Below are positions 27,812 through 37,119 of a DNA stretch of 39,922 nucleotides, piece by piece (position 1 is the first letter of the stretch; the number at the start of each line of letters is the position of its first letter). The notes beneath the pieces are model-generated. The model worked only from the letters and a program-made list of their open reading frames with translations. It was not told the DNA's origin and did not search any database. The position numbers were made by a program, and so were the translations under genes. The DNA comes from an uncultured bacterium (GTDB taxonomy: Bacteria; Patescibacteriota; Minisyncoccia; Phycocordibacterales; UBA918), in NCBI GenBank assembly GCA_913046815.1, contig CAJWTE010000002.1, positions 1 to 39,922 of the forward strand, given 5' to 3'.

Positions 27812-28927
27812 TTAGTGACCGTCAGGATCATTCCCCGTAGGGTCACCAGCCCAAAAAAGATGGGTTCGTAGCGACTGCTCACTCTCGAACCTTTCTATCG
27901 CCAGTTTTATAAGCCGATCAATTAACTCAGTGTAGGGGATGCCACTATGTTCCCACAACTGTGGATACATGCTTACTTTTGTAAAGCCGGGAATAGTATT
28001 GATTTCTATCACCTTTAACTCTCCATCTGGCTGAAGGAAAAAGTCCACCCGACCTAGGCCAGAGCACTCCAGAAGTTTAAAAACCCTCACAGCTAATCCT
28101 TGCACTTCCTCCACCTTTTCCGCGTCCAATTCGGCTGGGATTTTTAGAGCTGCTCCATTTTCATCTATATACTTGGCTTCATAAGAGTAAAAGTCATGAG
28201 CCGGCACAATTTCTCCAGGAATGGACGCTACTGGATCCCTGTTTCCCAGCACAGCACACTCTATCTCTCTGCCTTCCACTGCTTCTTCCACGATGATTTT
28301 CGTATCATAGGAAAAAGCCTCTTTCACAACTTCATACAATTCACTCTCATTACTGGCTTTATTGACACCTACAGAAGAGCCCATGTTTACAGGCTTCACA
28401 AATACAGGCCAACCTAACTTAGCTTCGACTTCCAAGCCATCAACATCGTCGACACTTCGGTAAACTAGAAAGTCAGCCGTGGGTATACCCGCGTCTCGTA
28501 AAAGACGCTTCATAACGTCCTTATCCATTCCAACAGCGGAACCAAGCACCCCGGCACCCACGTAAGGTACACATGCTAATTCTAACAAACCTTGTACTGT
28601 TCCGTCTTCACCCATAGGTCCGTGCAGTATAGGAAATACAACATCTACAGCTCCAGGATTGTTTGAGAGCTGTCCGTGACATGATGGTACTAATGAGATC
28701 TCCTCATTGACTTGGTTTAAAGCAATCAACTTTGGGTCGTTACTATTCAGTAGAAGCTCACTTTCATTACCCATAAGCCACTTCCCTTTCTTAGTGATAC
28801 CAATAGGTATTACTTCATACTTCTGTTTATCGATGGCGTCGATAACATTTTGTGCGGATTGTAAGGACACCTCATGCTCAGCAGATAATCCACCAAACAA
28901 GATGCCAACTCTAATTTTCTTATCCAT
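27812..28927 (-). CDS. ddl: D-alanine--D-alanine ligase
   Basis: GGLSAEHEVS, HGPMGEDG, GSSVG, YSYEAKY, EINTIPG; likely start MDKK at 28927. Confidence 0.97.
   Translation of the reverse strand: MDKKIRVGILFGGLSAEHEVSLQSAQNVIDAIDKQKYEVIPIGITKKGKWLMGNESELLLNSNDPKLIALNQVNEEISLVPSCHGQLSNNPGAVDVVFPILHGPMGEDGTVQGLLELACVPYVGAGVLGSAVGMDKDVMKRLLRDAGIPTADFLVYRSVDDVDGLEVEAKLGWPVFVKPVNMGSSVGVNKASNESELYEVVKEAFSYDTKIIVEEAVEGREIECAVLGNRDPVASIPGEIVPAHDFYSYEAKYIDENGAALKIPAELDAEKVEEVQGLAVRVFKLLECSGLGRVDFFLQPDGELKVIEINTIPGFTKVSMYPQLWEHSGIPYTELIDRLIKLAIERFESEQSLRTHLFWAGDPTGNDPDGH
27830..27848 (+). repeat. duplicated tRNA-Glu 3' end with CCA (right att)
   Basis: ATTCCCCGTAGGGTCACCA. Confidence 0.92.
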
Positions 28928-28945
28928 CGTATAAGAATACCAGAT

Positions 28946-28983
28946 AAATATACACGCATGCATTAATGCATGCGTGTATATTT
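28946..28983. repeat. 38-bp perfect palindrome
   Basis: AAATATACACGCATGCATT|AATGCATGCGTGTATATTT. Confidence 0.85.
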
Positions 28984-28996
28984 TACTTTTTTAACA

Positions 28997-29929
28997 CTAA
29001 TCGGTCTCAAAATCTTCAGTACCACCACATATCAGTGTATCGTCACCGTCATCGTCTTCATACTCAACACAAATAGAGTAATAGTGGTCGGTGTTGTCGT
29101 CTAAGCTATAGACCGTTCTTTCATATGTCTCCCTACCATCTAAGTTCGTATCCACACTCACCTTTTGTAGATCATCTCCATCTTCGTCTACGTCATAGTA
29201 AGAATCATAATCTCTATCTACATCGTCTATCTGATCCTCATCTTCACCGTAAACAAAGAATACGCGACCATTATCAAAATCATTCATGTCTACTCTGCCA
29301 CTTAGCTCTGCACTGGTTTCTCGTACATTGCTAGCGTTGTAAGTAATGACATCTGGCTCATCATCATAACGACTCCGACTACCGTCTATAGTTTCAAAAG
29401 ACAAAGTCCTACCATAGACTCTCTTTCTGTCTGGGCTTTCTGCTACTGCACGATAATAGTAACGCTGGTCGTCACTTAGATTAGTTAATTCAGCTTCAAA
29501 AACATAGTCGTCGTAGCGATCAATACGGTAATCTCTGGTAGTGTAGCCGAAGCTTGAAGACCGGCCATACTCAAACCACACATCGGCATAACTCACGTTG
29601 TTTAAGTCTATATCTCCAGAAACTAAAGCTCGTGAGTCTGTCACCCACCTTGGGTTAAGAGTAACCAGATCAATCGCACCACTGGTAGAGACACCGAGTA
29701 CACGGCCGTCTCCATAGTAGGTAGTAGGTGTATATGAGTAATAACTGTAACTACTGTCTAAACGTAACAGTTCAGTCAGTAGGACTTGAATTTGATCTAA
29801 AAGAGCTTGTCTAGTGTTGTAGTAGCTACCAGTATAAGTTTGGGCTGATGCAGCCGGAGAAGTAAATATAAATACCATGACTACCACTACAATCACAGAC
29901 ATAGCTAAGAATAGTTGCTTGTATTTCAT
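28997..29929 (-). CDS. secreted acidic protein with two FN3-like repeats
   Basis: Signal peptide; two repeats of the T..A.(L/V)SG..D..WFEYG/FFVYG..L..YYY..FET pattern. Confidence 0.7.
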   Translation of the reverse strand: MKYKQLFLAMSVIVVVVMVFIFTSPAASAQTYTGSYYNTRQALLDQIQVLLTELLRLDSSYSYYSYTPTTYYGDGRVLGVSTSGAIDLVTLNPRWVTDSRALVSGDIDLNNVSYADVWFEYGRSSSFGYTTRDYRIDRYDDYVFEAELTNLSDDQRYYYRAVAESPDRKRVYGRTLSFETIDGSRSRYDDEPDVITYNASNVRETSAELSGRVDMNDFDNGRVFFVYGEDEDQIDDVDRDYDSYYDVDEDGDDLQKVSVDTNLDGRETYERTVYSLDDNTDHYYSICVEYEDDDGDDTLICGGTEDFETD

Positions 29930-30014
29930 ATTTGACTATATGAACATAAATAAAGTTAACGAACAACATAAGCATCAAATTAAGACACACTGAGTCAGAG
30001 TCGTAAATATAACC

Positions 30015-31304
30015 CTATTTCGCTTTCCATTCTGTACTTTGTCGAGTAAGAAGTTCGGCAGCTTTATCCGGTTCAATCATTATTTCTTCTACTAGTTTTT
30101 CCGCCCGAATACTTTGTGAGGCTTTCACAAGTATAATGTCACCCTCTTGCAACTTACTTTGGAGCTCGTTATAAGCCTTTTCTACTTTATCATACTGCCA
30201 AATGTGCTTTTCACTCATTCCATTCTCAAGAGCCCCTTCGGCAATTTTTCTGGCCCTAACACCTATTGTGACTAAGGCATCACAATACTTACCTACCAAA
30301 GCCCCTATTTTTTCATGCTCCTCGGTAGAATATTGACCAAGCTCCAACATATCACCCAACACAGCGACCTTTCTACCCTCTGTTTCTATTTCATTCAATG
30401 CCAGTAAGGCTCTTTCTAAAGCGATGGGAGAGGAATTATATGTATCGTCAACAATCAAAGTGTCTTTGAGACCTTTGACTAGCTTCATTCGTCCAGCTGG
30501 AGTCTGGTGCTCTTTGAGTGCTTCGGCAGATTGATGTAGTGACATGGAGAACAGAGATCCTACTGCCATGGCAGCGGCGTAACTATAGGCATGCTGTACT
30601 CCTAAAGAACCGGTGACATTGACACTCTCCTCCTCTCCTTCATGCGAAATCAGAAAGCTAAATCCTACAGGTCTATCATCCACATAGGCTATATCATCGC
30701 CAGTAATGGAAAAGTCAGATTGGGAGTAGCGACTATATCCTATATTCTTTTGCCTCACGGCGGCAACGACCTGATTGATCTTTTCATCGTCGTGGTTGTA
30801 TACAAGCACCCCTTCTTCATTCAATGAATTGACCAAAACCAACTTCTCTTCTATAACAGCTTCCGGTGAATCAAAGAACTCGACATGCACTGGTACTTCA
30901 GGAAGTCTTGTAAGCACTACAATATCTGGTTTTATCCAGCTACAGTGCCTCTGCATGTCTCCTGGCTGATCGACACCCATTTCCAAAACCAACACCTCCG
31001 GATACTTACCTGGAAATAACACCCACATAGCACCTTCGATAATATTTTTCATCCACTTCACTGGACTACTCCAAGCATTAGAAACACCCAAAACTGTTAG
31101 AGGTACACCAATGTCAGAATTGAAGCTCTTTTCACTTTTCCTAACATTGGTTTTTGCCTTGAGTACCGAATAGATTGCATCCTTAGTAGCTGTCTTACCG
31201 ACACTTCCGGTCACTGCTATAATTTGTGGCTTTGTTCTTTTGAGCAACAATTTTGCTTCCAAAGTAATAATGTAGACAATAATTTTTTTAGCAATTTCTT
31301 TCAT
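30015..31304 (-). CDS. murF: UDP-MurNAc-tripeptide--D-Ala-D-Ala ligase
   Basis: TGSVGKT, LEMG, DDTYNSSP, LGDMLELG, LVKAS. Confidence 0.93.
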   Translation of the reverse strand: MKEIAKKIIVYIITLEAKLLLKRTKPQIIAVTGSVGKTATKDAIYSVLKAKTNVRKSEKSFNSDIGVPLTVLGVSNAWSSPVKWMKNIIEGAMWVLFPGKYPEVLVLEMGVDQPGDMQRHCSWIKPDIVVLTRLPEVPVHVEFFDSPEAVIEEKLVLVNSLNEEGVLVYNHDDEKINQVVAAVRQKNIGYSRYSQSDFSITGDDIAYVDDRPVGFSFLISHEGEEESVNVTGSLGVQHAYSYAAAMAVGSLFSMSLHQSAEALKEHQTPAGRMKLVKGLKDTLIVDDTYNSSPIALERALLALNEIETEGRKVAVLGDMLELGQYSTEEHEKIGALVGKYCDALVTIGVRARKIAEGALENGMSEKHIWQYDKVEKAYNELQSKLQEGDIILVKASQSIRAEKLVEEIMIEPDKAAELLTRQSTEWKAK

Positions 31305-31306
31305 AT

Positions 31307-33022
31307 TTATCGGTCAGGTGGTATTTGATAATAATTAATCAAGAAGTTCGTAAGGTCCATAAATGGCTCAGTTAATGTTTCAGACGCATACCTAATCTCC
31401 TTAGGTTCTACAGTATACAGGAAAATTAAAAACTCCGGATCATACGAAGGAAAATATCCAAAGAAAGAGTGTAGGTATCTATCATCATAGTATCCTCCAT
31501 TTTCTTCATCTGCTATCTGAGCAGTGCCTGTTTTAGCAGCGACGCTGTAGCGTTCTTGCTTATGTATACCGTCCCTCAAAGCATCATCTACGACTACCGT
31601 CAGCATGCGTGATATCTCTTCGCTAGTTTCTTCTGCAAAAATGGTTTCTGGTGCACCTTGCTCGATTTGTGTCCGAGTACCGTCTTGATATTCTATCCTC
31701 TCTACCAAGTGCGGGGTAATTAGTTTGCCTCCATTTGCCAAGGATGATAAAGCTCTAACAGCAGCCACTGGTGTTAGAGCTATACCCTGACCAAAAGAGG
31801 CCGTAACGTACTCCACATCTCGTGGTGAGTGTAAGTTGGAAACCAAACCAGTGGCTTCGTTGGGTAGATCTATATTGGTAAGAGTTCCCAAACCAAGCGC
31901 TAGAAAGTAATCTCTAAACTTTGTCTTACCCATTTGTTGCACCACAAAGGCCACACCTGTATTCAATGATTGATTTAACACTTCCTGCATGTCAACAGTA
32001 CCTCTCCCCCGTCCGTCATAGTTACTTATGGTGTAATCATCCAATTTGATTTGGCCTGCATCGTAATAAGTTGTGTAAGATGACACTGCCCGATCATCAA
32101 TGCCCGAGGCCATTGTAAGTGGCTTAATGATAGACCCAAACTCATAAACATTCTCCACCAACGGATTTCTAAAATCCTCAATTGGTACTCCATTTCTGTT
32201 ATTAAGATCAAATGTTGGAACGGCATCTAAGGCATAGATAGCACCTGTTTTAGGATTAATAATGATCCCACCGGTCACTTTGCTATTCCATGTTGTGTGT
32301 GTTTCCTGGAGAGTCTGCTGCAAAACACGCGACACTGTAGGCTCCAAGGTGGTCACAATGTCACCAGCCTTATCCTCTTGATGCTGAAACACCAGGTTCT
32401 CAATGTTACTAAATATCTCCGCAAACAAATTGACTTCAATTGTATTCTCACCTTGATTTAGGGTTGATTCATAGAATCTTTCCAATCCATATCTACCAGT
32501 CGGCTTGTCACTTTTCTGTGTTAGGCCTGTAAAACCAATTGTCCTGGCGGCCATTGTTTCACCGGGGTAATACCGCCACTGATTTTTATACAAAGAGACA
32601 CCAGTTAAGTTTAGTTTGGATACTTCTATAGCGTCATCATTGTCCAACTTATCTTCAATCTCCACATAAGTACGACTCTCCAATGTCGCTCTATCAATAA
32701 ATAATTCTTTTCCAATACTTAAGTAAGGTTGTAGTGAGTTGTATAAGGTAGCCGCATCTACCACCAGTGTTGGGTTCACAGCCAGTACATAACCTGCACG
32801 TATAGTGGCAGCCGACACTTTCTCGCCATCTAATGTAACAAAAAAAATATTACCTCGTTCGTAGAGATCATTAACTGTATGTACATACTGTTTGTTGGCA
32901 GCTTCTACATACTGTTCATGGTGTACGATTTGTATAAAGTACAAACGTACTAACAAAATCAACGCCAAGCCCAGGACCAGACCAGTTATGAGACGTATCC
33001 GAAGTATCGCGGTCTTTCTCAT
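31307..33022 (-). CDS. ftsI: class B penicillin-binding protein (FtsI-like)
   Basis: SIIK (SxxK), SLN (SxN) and KTG motifs; position in the dcw cluster. Confidence 0.85.
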   Translation of the reverse strand: MRKTAILRIRLITGLVLGLALILLVRLYFIQIVHHEQYVEAANKQYVHTVNDLYERGNIFFVTLDGEKVSAATIRAGYVLAVNPTLVVDAATLYNSLQPYLSIGKELFIDRATLESRTYVEIEDKLDNDDAIEVSKLNLTGVSLYKNQWRYYPGETMAARTIGFTGLTQKSDKPTGRYGLERFYESTLNQGENTIEVNLFAEIFSNIENLVFQHQEDKAGDIVTTLEPTVSRVLQQTLQETHTTWNSKVTGGIIINPKTGAIYALDAVPTFDLNNRNGVPIEDFRNPLVENVYEFGSIIKPLTMASGIDDRAVSSYTTYYDAGQIKLDDYTISNYDGRGRGTVDMQEVLNQSLNTGVAFVVQQMGKTKFRDYFLALGLGTLTNIDLPNEATGLVSNLHSPRDVEYVTASFGQGIALTPVAAVRALSSLANGGKLITPHLVERIEYQDGTRTQIEQGAPETIFAEETSEEISRMLTVVVDDALRDGIHKQERYSVAAKTGTAQIADEENGGYYDDRYLHSFFGYFPSYDPEFLIFLYTVEPKEIRYASETLTEPFMDLTNFLINYYQIPPDR

Positions 33023-33028
33023 CTTTCA

Positions 33029-33343
33029 TTAGTTTCCGGTCGACAATACTAGAGTACTAACAGAACGATCAGCAAAAAGCTTCTTATTGTCGTTAGGGAT
33101 AAAACCTTTTTCTATTGCCAGCTCAGTATTTATGGAATTCTGAGCCAAGATATAGTCTGTTTCCAATTCCGCTATTTTTGATTCCAATTCAATTATTGAC
33201 TTGGCTACTTCTTTTCTCACCACTGTATGTAAAATTGTGCTGCTTACAAAGTACATATACATCAAAGCCAGAAATACTAATACTCCAAACATCATCATGA
33301 GTATTTTACTGTCTCTTTGTACTATGTCAGTAGTGACGTTCAT
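33029..33343 (-). CDS. FtsL-like cell division protein
   Basis: Single TM plus coiled coil, between rsmH and the PBP gene. Confidence 0.6.
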   Translation of the reverse strand: MNVTTDIVQRDSKILMMMFGVLVFLALMYMYFVSSTILHTVVRKEVAKSIIELESKIAELETDYILAQNSINTELAIEKGFIPNDNKKLFADRSVSTLVLSTGN

Positions 33344-34215
33344 ATTTTTTCTAAAATTCTTAGTTTTGCGCTCCGTGAACGCGGATTGATAATTACTTCT
33401 TCTGGTGTAGGAGTGATTGGTTTTTTGTTAATCAGACGAGCAAGCTTTTGATTTTTTAAATCTCTAAAGGTGTTTTTTACTAGGCGATCTTCTAAGCTGT
33501 GAAAGCTTATAATGACCATGCGTCCGCCAGTAGCGAGAGATAGAAAACCATCTTTCAACAAAGTTTCAAGAGAGCCCAATTCATCGTTCACAGCGATTCT
33601 TATAGCTTGGAATGTTTTAGTAGCAGGATGAATTCTGCTTCTGCGATAAAACCTGCCCACAGCTCCATCCACAATGTTGGCAAGCTGCGCCGAAGTCTCG
33701 ATGGATTCTTGTTGTCTGCTCTGTACAATTGCTTGTGCAATTTTTCGAGCAGCTCTTTCCTCACCATAGTGATAAATAATGTCGGCTAGGTTTTCTTCGT
33801 CCCAAGCATTTACAACATCATGAGCAGTAAAAACATGTTGGTCTGGATTGCCAAACGTCATCAGCAACGGTTCTTCAACCTTAAACGAAAAACCCTTCCC
33901 ACCCTCTTCAAACTGCTCACTGCGCCAACCAAGGTCAGCGATGATTGCGTCAGGCTTCATATTGGATGCCTCAACTAACGTTGCAATGTTTCTAAAGTTG
34001 TCGACTTTTACAGTAAGTCTCTGGTCCATTAGACCGGACTTCTCGAAAGCCTCGGGGTCTAAGTCTATTGCCAACAGTTTTCCTTTTGGCTCTAAACAGT
34101 GAAGAATAGCTTTTGAATGACCGCCTCCACCAAACGTACAATCCACTACTTGACTGTCTCTTTTTAAATTAAGTCCTGTTACTGCTTCTTCTTTTAGAAC
34201 TGTTATGTGTTGCAT
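33340..34215 (-). CDS. rsmH: 16S rRNA m4C1402 methyltransferase
   Basis: DCTFGGGGHS, FQAIRIAVNDEL, SFHSLEDR, NPRSRSAKLR. Confidence 0.97.
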   Translation of the reverse strand: MQHITVLKEEAVTGLNLKRDSQVVDCTFGGGGHSKAILHCLEPKGKLLAIDLDPEAFEKSGLMDQRLTVKVDNFRNIATLVEASNMKPDAIIADLGWRSEQFEEGGKGFSFKVEEPLLMTFGNPDQHVFTAHDVVNAWDEENLADIIYHYGEERAARKIAQAIVQSRQQESIETSAQLANIVDGAVGRFYRRSRIHPATKTFQAIRIAVNDELGSLETLLKDGFLSLATGGRMVIISFHSLEDRLVKNTFRDLKNQKLARLINKKPITPTPEEVIINPRSRSAKLRILEKI

Positions 34216-34242
34216 ATTGCGGCTTGACCCGCTGAGCGGGTT

Positions 34243-34677
34243 TTATAGGACGCCTATGTCACCGAGTTTTTCTGCCAAGTCATCGGCTTTGCTCTCTATT
34301 TGCTTTTTGTAAGCGTTCCACCTTTTTTCATCCCAAACTTCTACTCGGTCATAAATACCTGCAAGGACTACTTTGGCATCTAGCCTGGCAAAGTCCTTTA
34401 AAAAATCTGGAATCAAAATACGTCCAATTTTATCAACCTCCACTTCAACCGCTCCCGAAAGGAAGAATCGATTGAAACTTCGCGTATCCGCTTGCCCGAG
34501 TGGCAACTTCGCTACCTTATCGGTAATCTGTCGCCACTCAGCGAGAGGATAAACGAAGAGACAGTTATCAAGTCCTCGGGTCAACACCAACTTTTTACCA
34601 AGCTCTTTGCGCCACTTACTGGGCAAAGATAGCCTCTTCTTGGTATCTAGTGTATGAGTGTATTCTCCGATTAACAT
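34243..34677 (-). CDS. mraZ: transcriptional regulator MraZ
   Basis: GEYTHTLDTKKRL, GLDNCL, DKIGRILIP; likely start MLIGEY at 34677. Confidence 0.96.
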   Translation of the reverse strand: MLIGEYTHTLDTKKRLSLPSKWRKELGKKLVLTRGLDNCLFVYPLAEWRQITDKVAKLPLGQADTRSFNRFFLSGAVEVEVDKIGRILIPDFLKDFARLDAKVVLAGIYDRVEVWDEKRWNAYKKQIESKADDLAEKLGDIGVL

Positions 34678-34760
34678 ACTTGATAGCTTGAGCATTCCCT
34701 GATAGTGGTCGTGAACTTCATGCTCACTATCAGAGAAAACTCGAACGATATACTATATTC

Positions 34761-34825
34761 ATAGTATACCACTATCTCCCACCACGTTTACATTATATAC
34801 CACCTTCTCCCACCGACAACCACTT
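34761..34825 (-). promoter_or_regulatory. MraZ operator repeats / dcw promoter
   Basis: GTGG boxes at 10-nt spacing (GTGGTTGTCG GTGGGAGAAG GTGGTATATA; GTGGGAGATA GTGGTATACT), as known for MraZ sites. Confidence 0.75.
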
Positions 34826-34827
34826 AT

Positions 34828-34863
34828 GCACACAAAAATCACCTAGCGGTGATTTTTGTGTGC
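34828..34863. terminator. terminator-like hairpin downstream of lysS
   Basis: GCACACAAAAATCACC-TAGC-GGTGATTTTTGTGTGC. Confidence 0.7.
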
Positions 34864-34920
34864 TGATTAAACAGCGACGAAACGCTCACTAAAAGAGAAA
34901 AGCTGATGATTGTCAGTGGA

Positions 34921-34989
34921 AGTTAGTGGTGGCGATGGAATAACATGGCGCAGTGAAACGAGGAAGTTATGACATTGCCATCACTAACT
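34921..34989 (+). repeat. REP-like long hairpin related to the 5500-5702 hairpins
   Basis: 17-bp stem with 2 G-U pairs, inner ATAAC/GTTAT, loop GCGCAGTGAAACGAGGA. Confidence 0.6.
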
Positions 34990-35050
34990 CTCTCCGCAAA
35001 ATGCAATCAGTAATTTGTATAACACTATCACTATTGACCTCTATCAGTCA

Positions 35051-36505
35051 TTAGTCCTTGGGACGCATCAAAGGAAACATCTGCGTTTCTCTTAACGGTT
35101 TGTCAATCAAGAAAGAAAACAGTCTCTCACCAAAACCAAAACCACAAGTTGGCGGCATACCGTACTCCAACATCTCAATAAATTCCCAATCAGGCATCAT
35201 TGCCTCTTCATCTCCCCCGTCCAAAAGTTTTTGCTGCTCTTTAAAACGCTTAGCTTGATCTACCGGGTCGTTTAGCTCGCTGTACCCTCTACCCACTTCA
35301 CTACCAGCAATAATTGGTTGGAACATTTCCACTACTGGCTTACCTTCCTTTTGCTTGGCCAACGGTGCAACTAGAAGTGGGTGATTTACCAAAAATGCCG
35401 GCCCAGAGATCTGCTTGCGGCAGTATTTCCAGAGAGTGTCCGTCAAACGTTCTTTATTCTCTCCGTCATACTTTATACCAAGCTCTTCTGCTGTCGCTGC
35501 CATCTCCACTTCAGTGGCTTTGGTAACATCTATCCCGGTTTGCTTTTTAATTTCCTCTACATAGTCAATTTCTTTCCATTCATCAGCCAAGTCAAAAGTG
35601 TGGCCTCTAGTAGTAAACTTTGTAGTACCAAAGACTTCTTTTGCCAGAGTTCGATAGAGTCTTTGGGTCAAATCCATGCCGTCTTTATAGTCTGCGTATG
35701 ACCAATAAAACTCCAGGTTAGTAAACTCTTGCAAATGCTCAGGACTAGTACCTTCGTTACGATAAACTCTTCCCATTTCAAAAGTCTTTGGTATACCAGC
35801 TGCCATCAAACGCTTCTGCCACAATTCACCCATTGAAATACGTAGATACAAATCAATATCAAAGTCATTGTGATGAGTCACAAAAGGTCTGGCCTCAGCT
35901 CCTCCAGTAGTGACTTCCAGTGTTGGTGTCTCAACCTCCATAAAACCTTCCGCCACCATAAATTGTCTAGTGACAGACCAGAACTTTTCTTTCAGACGAA
36001 ACATTTCCACCAGCTCTGGGTTGAGTAATATGTCAAGGTAGCGCTTACGGTATCTTTCATCATCATCCTTAATGCCAAAATGCTCAACCGGAATATTTAC
36101 AATTGCTTTTGTTAAAACCCGCCAATCAGAGACGGCTACCGCTTCTGCACCACGTTTAGTTAGAAATGGGGTACCTTTTACTTCAATAAAATCACCCGGG
36201 TCAATCGCATCATTAAGTAAATCAAACAGTTTCAATCCTACAGCGTCGCGAGAAAAGAAAAACTGCAGCCGGCCGGTACCGTCATAAACATCTGCAAAAG
36301 CTGAGCCGCCGTGTCTACGTAGAGCCATTACTCTACCAGCTACTACAACTTCAGATTCTGAATCAGATAAGTTATCAAAATCATCCAGCACTGACTTATT
36401 GGTATGAGTACGCAAAGATTTGGTGGCGTAGGGATTCATACCAGCCCCTTTCAAAATATCCCTTTTCTTAAGCCTTTCAGCTTTTATTTCCTCCAATGAT
36501 GACAT
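35051..36505 (-). CDS. lysS: lysine--tRNA ligase (class II)
   Basis: OB-fold, RYRKRYLD, GGAEARPF, YRNEG, YSELNDP, GMPPTCG. Confidence 0.97.
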   Translation of the reverse strand: MSSLEEIKAERLKKRDILKGAGMNPYATKSLRTHTNKSVLDDFDNLSDSESEVVVAGRVMALRRHGGSAFADVYDGTGRLQFFFSRDAVGLKLFDLLNDAIDPGDFIEVKGTPFLTKRGAEAVAVSDWRVLTKAIVNIPVEHFGIKDDDERYRKRYLDILLNPELVEMFRLKEKFWSVTRQFMVAEGFMEVETPTLEVTTGGAEARPFVTHHNDFDIDLYLRISMGELWQKRLMAAGIPKTFEMGRVYRNEGTSPEHLQEFTNLEFYWSYADYKDGMDLTQRLYRTLAKEVFGTTKFTTRGHTFDLADEWKEIDYVEEIKKQTGIDVTKATEVEMAATAEELGIKYDGENKERLTDTLWKYCRKQISGPAFLVNHPLLVAPLAKQKEGKPVVEMFQPIIAGSEVGRGYSELNDPVDQAKRFKEQQKLLDGGDEEAMMPDWEFIEMLEYGMPPTCGFGFGERLFSFLIDKPLRETQMFPLMRPKD

Positions 36506-36526
36506 TGCCTTCTATCCTATCGTACA

Positions 36527-36566
36527 GACATAAGCCGCGCAACACTCGTGTTGCGCGGCTTATGTC
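36527..36566. terminator. strong hairpin between greA and lysS
   Basis: GACATAAGCCGCGCAACAC-TC-GTGTTGCGCGGCTTATGTC, 19-bp arms. Confidence 0.7.
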
Positions 36567-36575
36567 AATATTTAC

Positions 36576-37046
36576 TTATTCCACTTTAAGCAACTTGTAT
36601 TTTTGTTTTCCGTTTACTGTTTCAAACACAATTTCATCTCCTTTACTCTTACCCATCAAAGCCTCACCGAGAGGTGAAAGATATGATAGTTTGTGTTCAT
36701 GAATATTAGCCTCTTCAGAGCCAACAATGGTGTAACATACGTCGTTCTTCTCTTTGTCTTTTCTTAGACAAACTTCTGATCCAAGTGCTACTACACCGCC
36801 TTTTTTATCATGAGCTACAATCTTTGCTTCTTTCATCACTTGTTCCAAGTGAGAAATTCTCTCCTCAATAGCAGATTGCATATCACGAGCTTCTTGGTAC
36901 TCAGCATTCTCAGATAAGTCTCCGAGACTACGGGCGTATTCCAAAGACTCTGCCACCTCCTTACGACGGACAGTCTTTAGGTGTTCTAATTCCTTTTTCA
37001 ATTCTTCAAATTTCTCTGAAGTTAGATAAGCTTGTGTGTCATTCAT
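36576..37046 (-). CDS. greA: transcription elongation factor GreA
   Basis: GDLSENAEY and SPLGEALMG. Confidence 0.97.
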   Translation of the reverse strand: MNDTQAYLTSEKFEELKKELEHLKTVRRKEVAESLEYARSLGDLSENAEYQEARDMQSAIEERISHLEQVMKEAKIVAHDKKGGVVALGSEVCLRKDKEKNDVCYTIVGSEEANIHEHKLSYLSPLGEALMGKSKGDEIVFETVNGKQKYKLLKVE

Positions 37047-37119
37047 ACTCTAAATTGCATCATTGGTGAATATAGTGCAACCAATTATACGCACAAATGC
37101 CCGCGGGTCAACGAATGGT

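Larger units (their letters stand above)
20412..27846. mobile_element. tRNA-Glu-integrated genomic island (probably nested elements)
   Basis: 17-bp direct repeat ATTCCCCGTAGGGTCAC at 20412-20428 and 27830-27846; recombinase, toxin-antitoxin cargo and repeats in between. Confidence 0.9.

Noticed and set aside
20425..27846. CRISPR array among the island repeats
   Set aside because: Repeats are long, irregularly spaced and mixed in orientation; there are no unique equal-length spacers and no cas genes.
34877..34960. Hammerhead ribozyme suggested by CTGATGA and GAAAC
   Set aside because: No stem II closing pair or stems I/III can be built around the core in either permutation.
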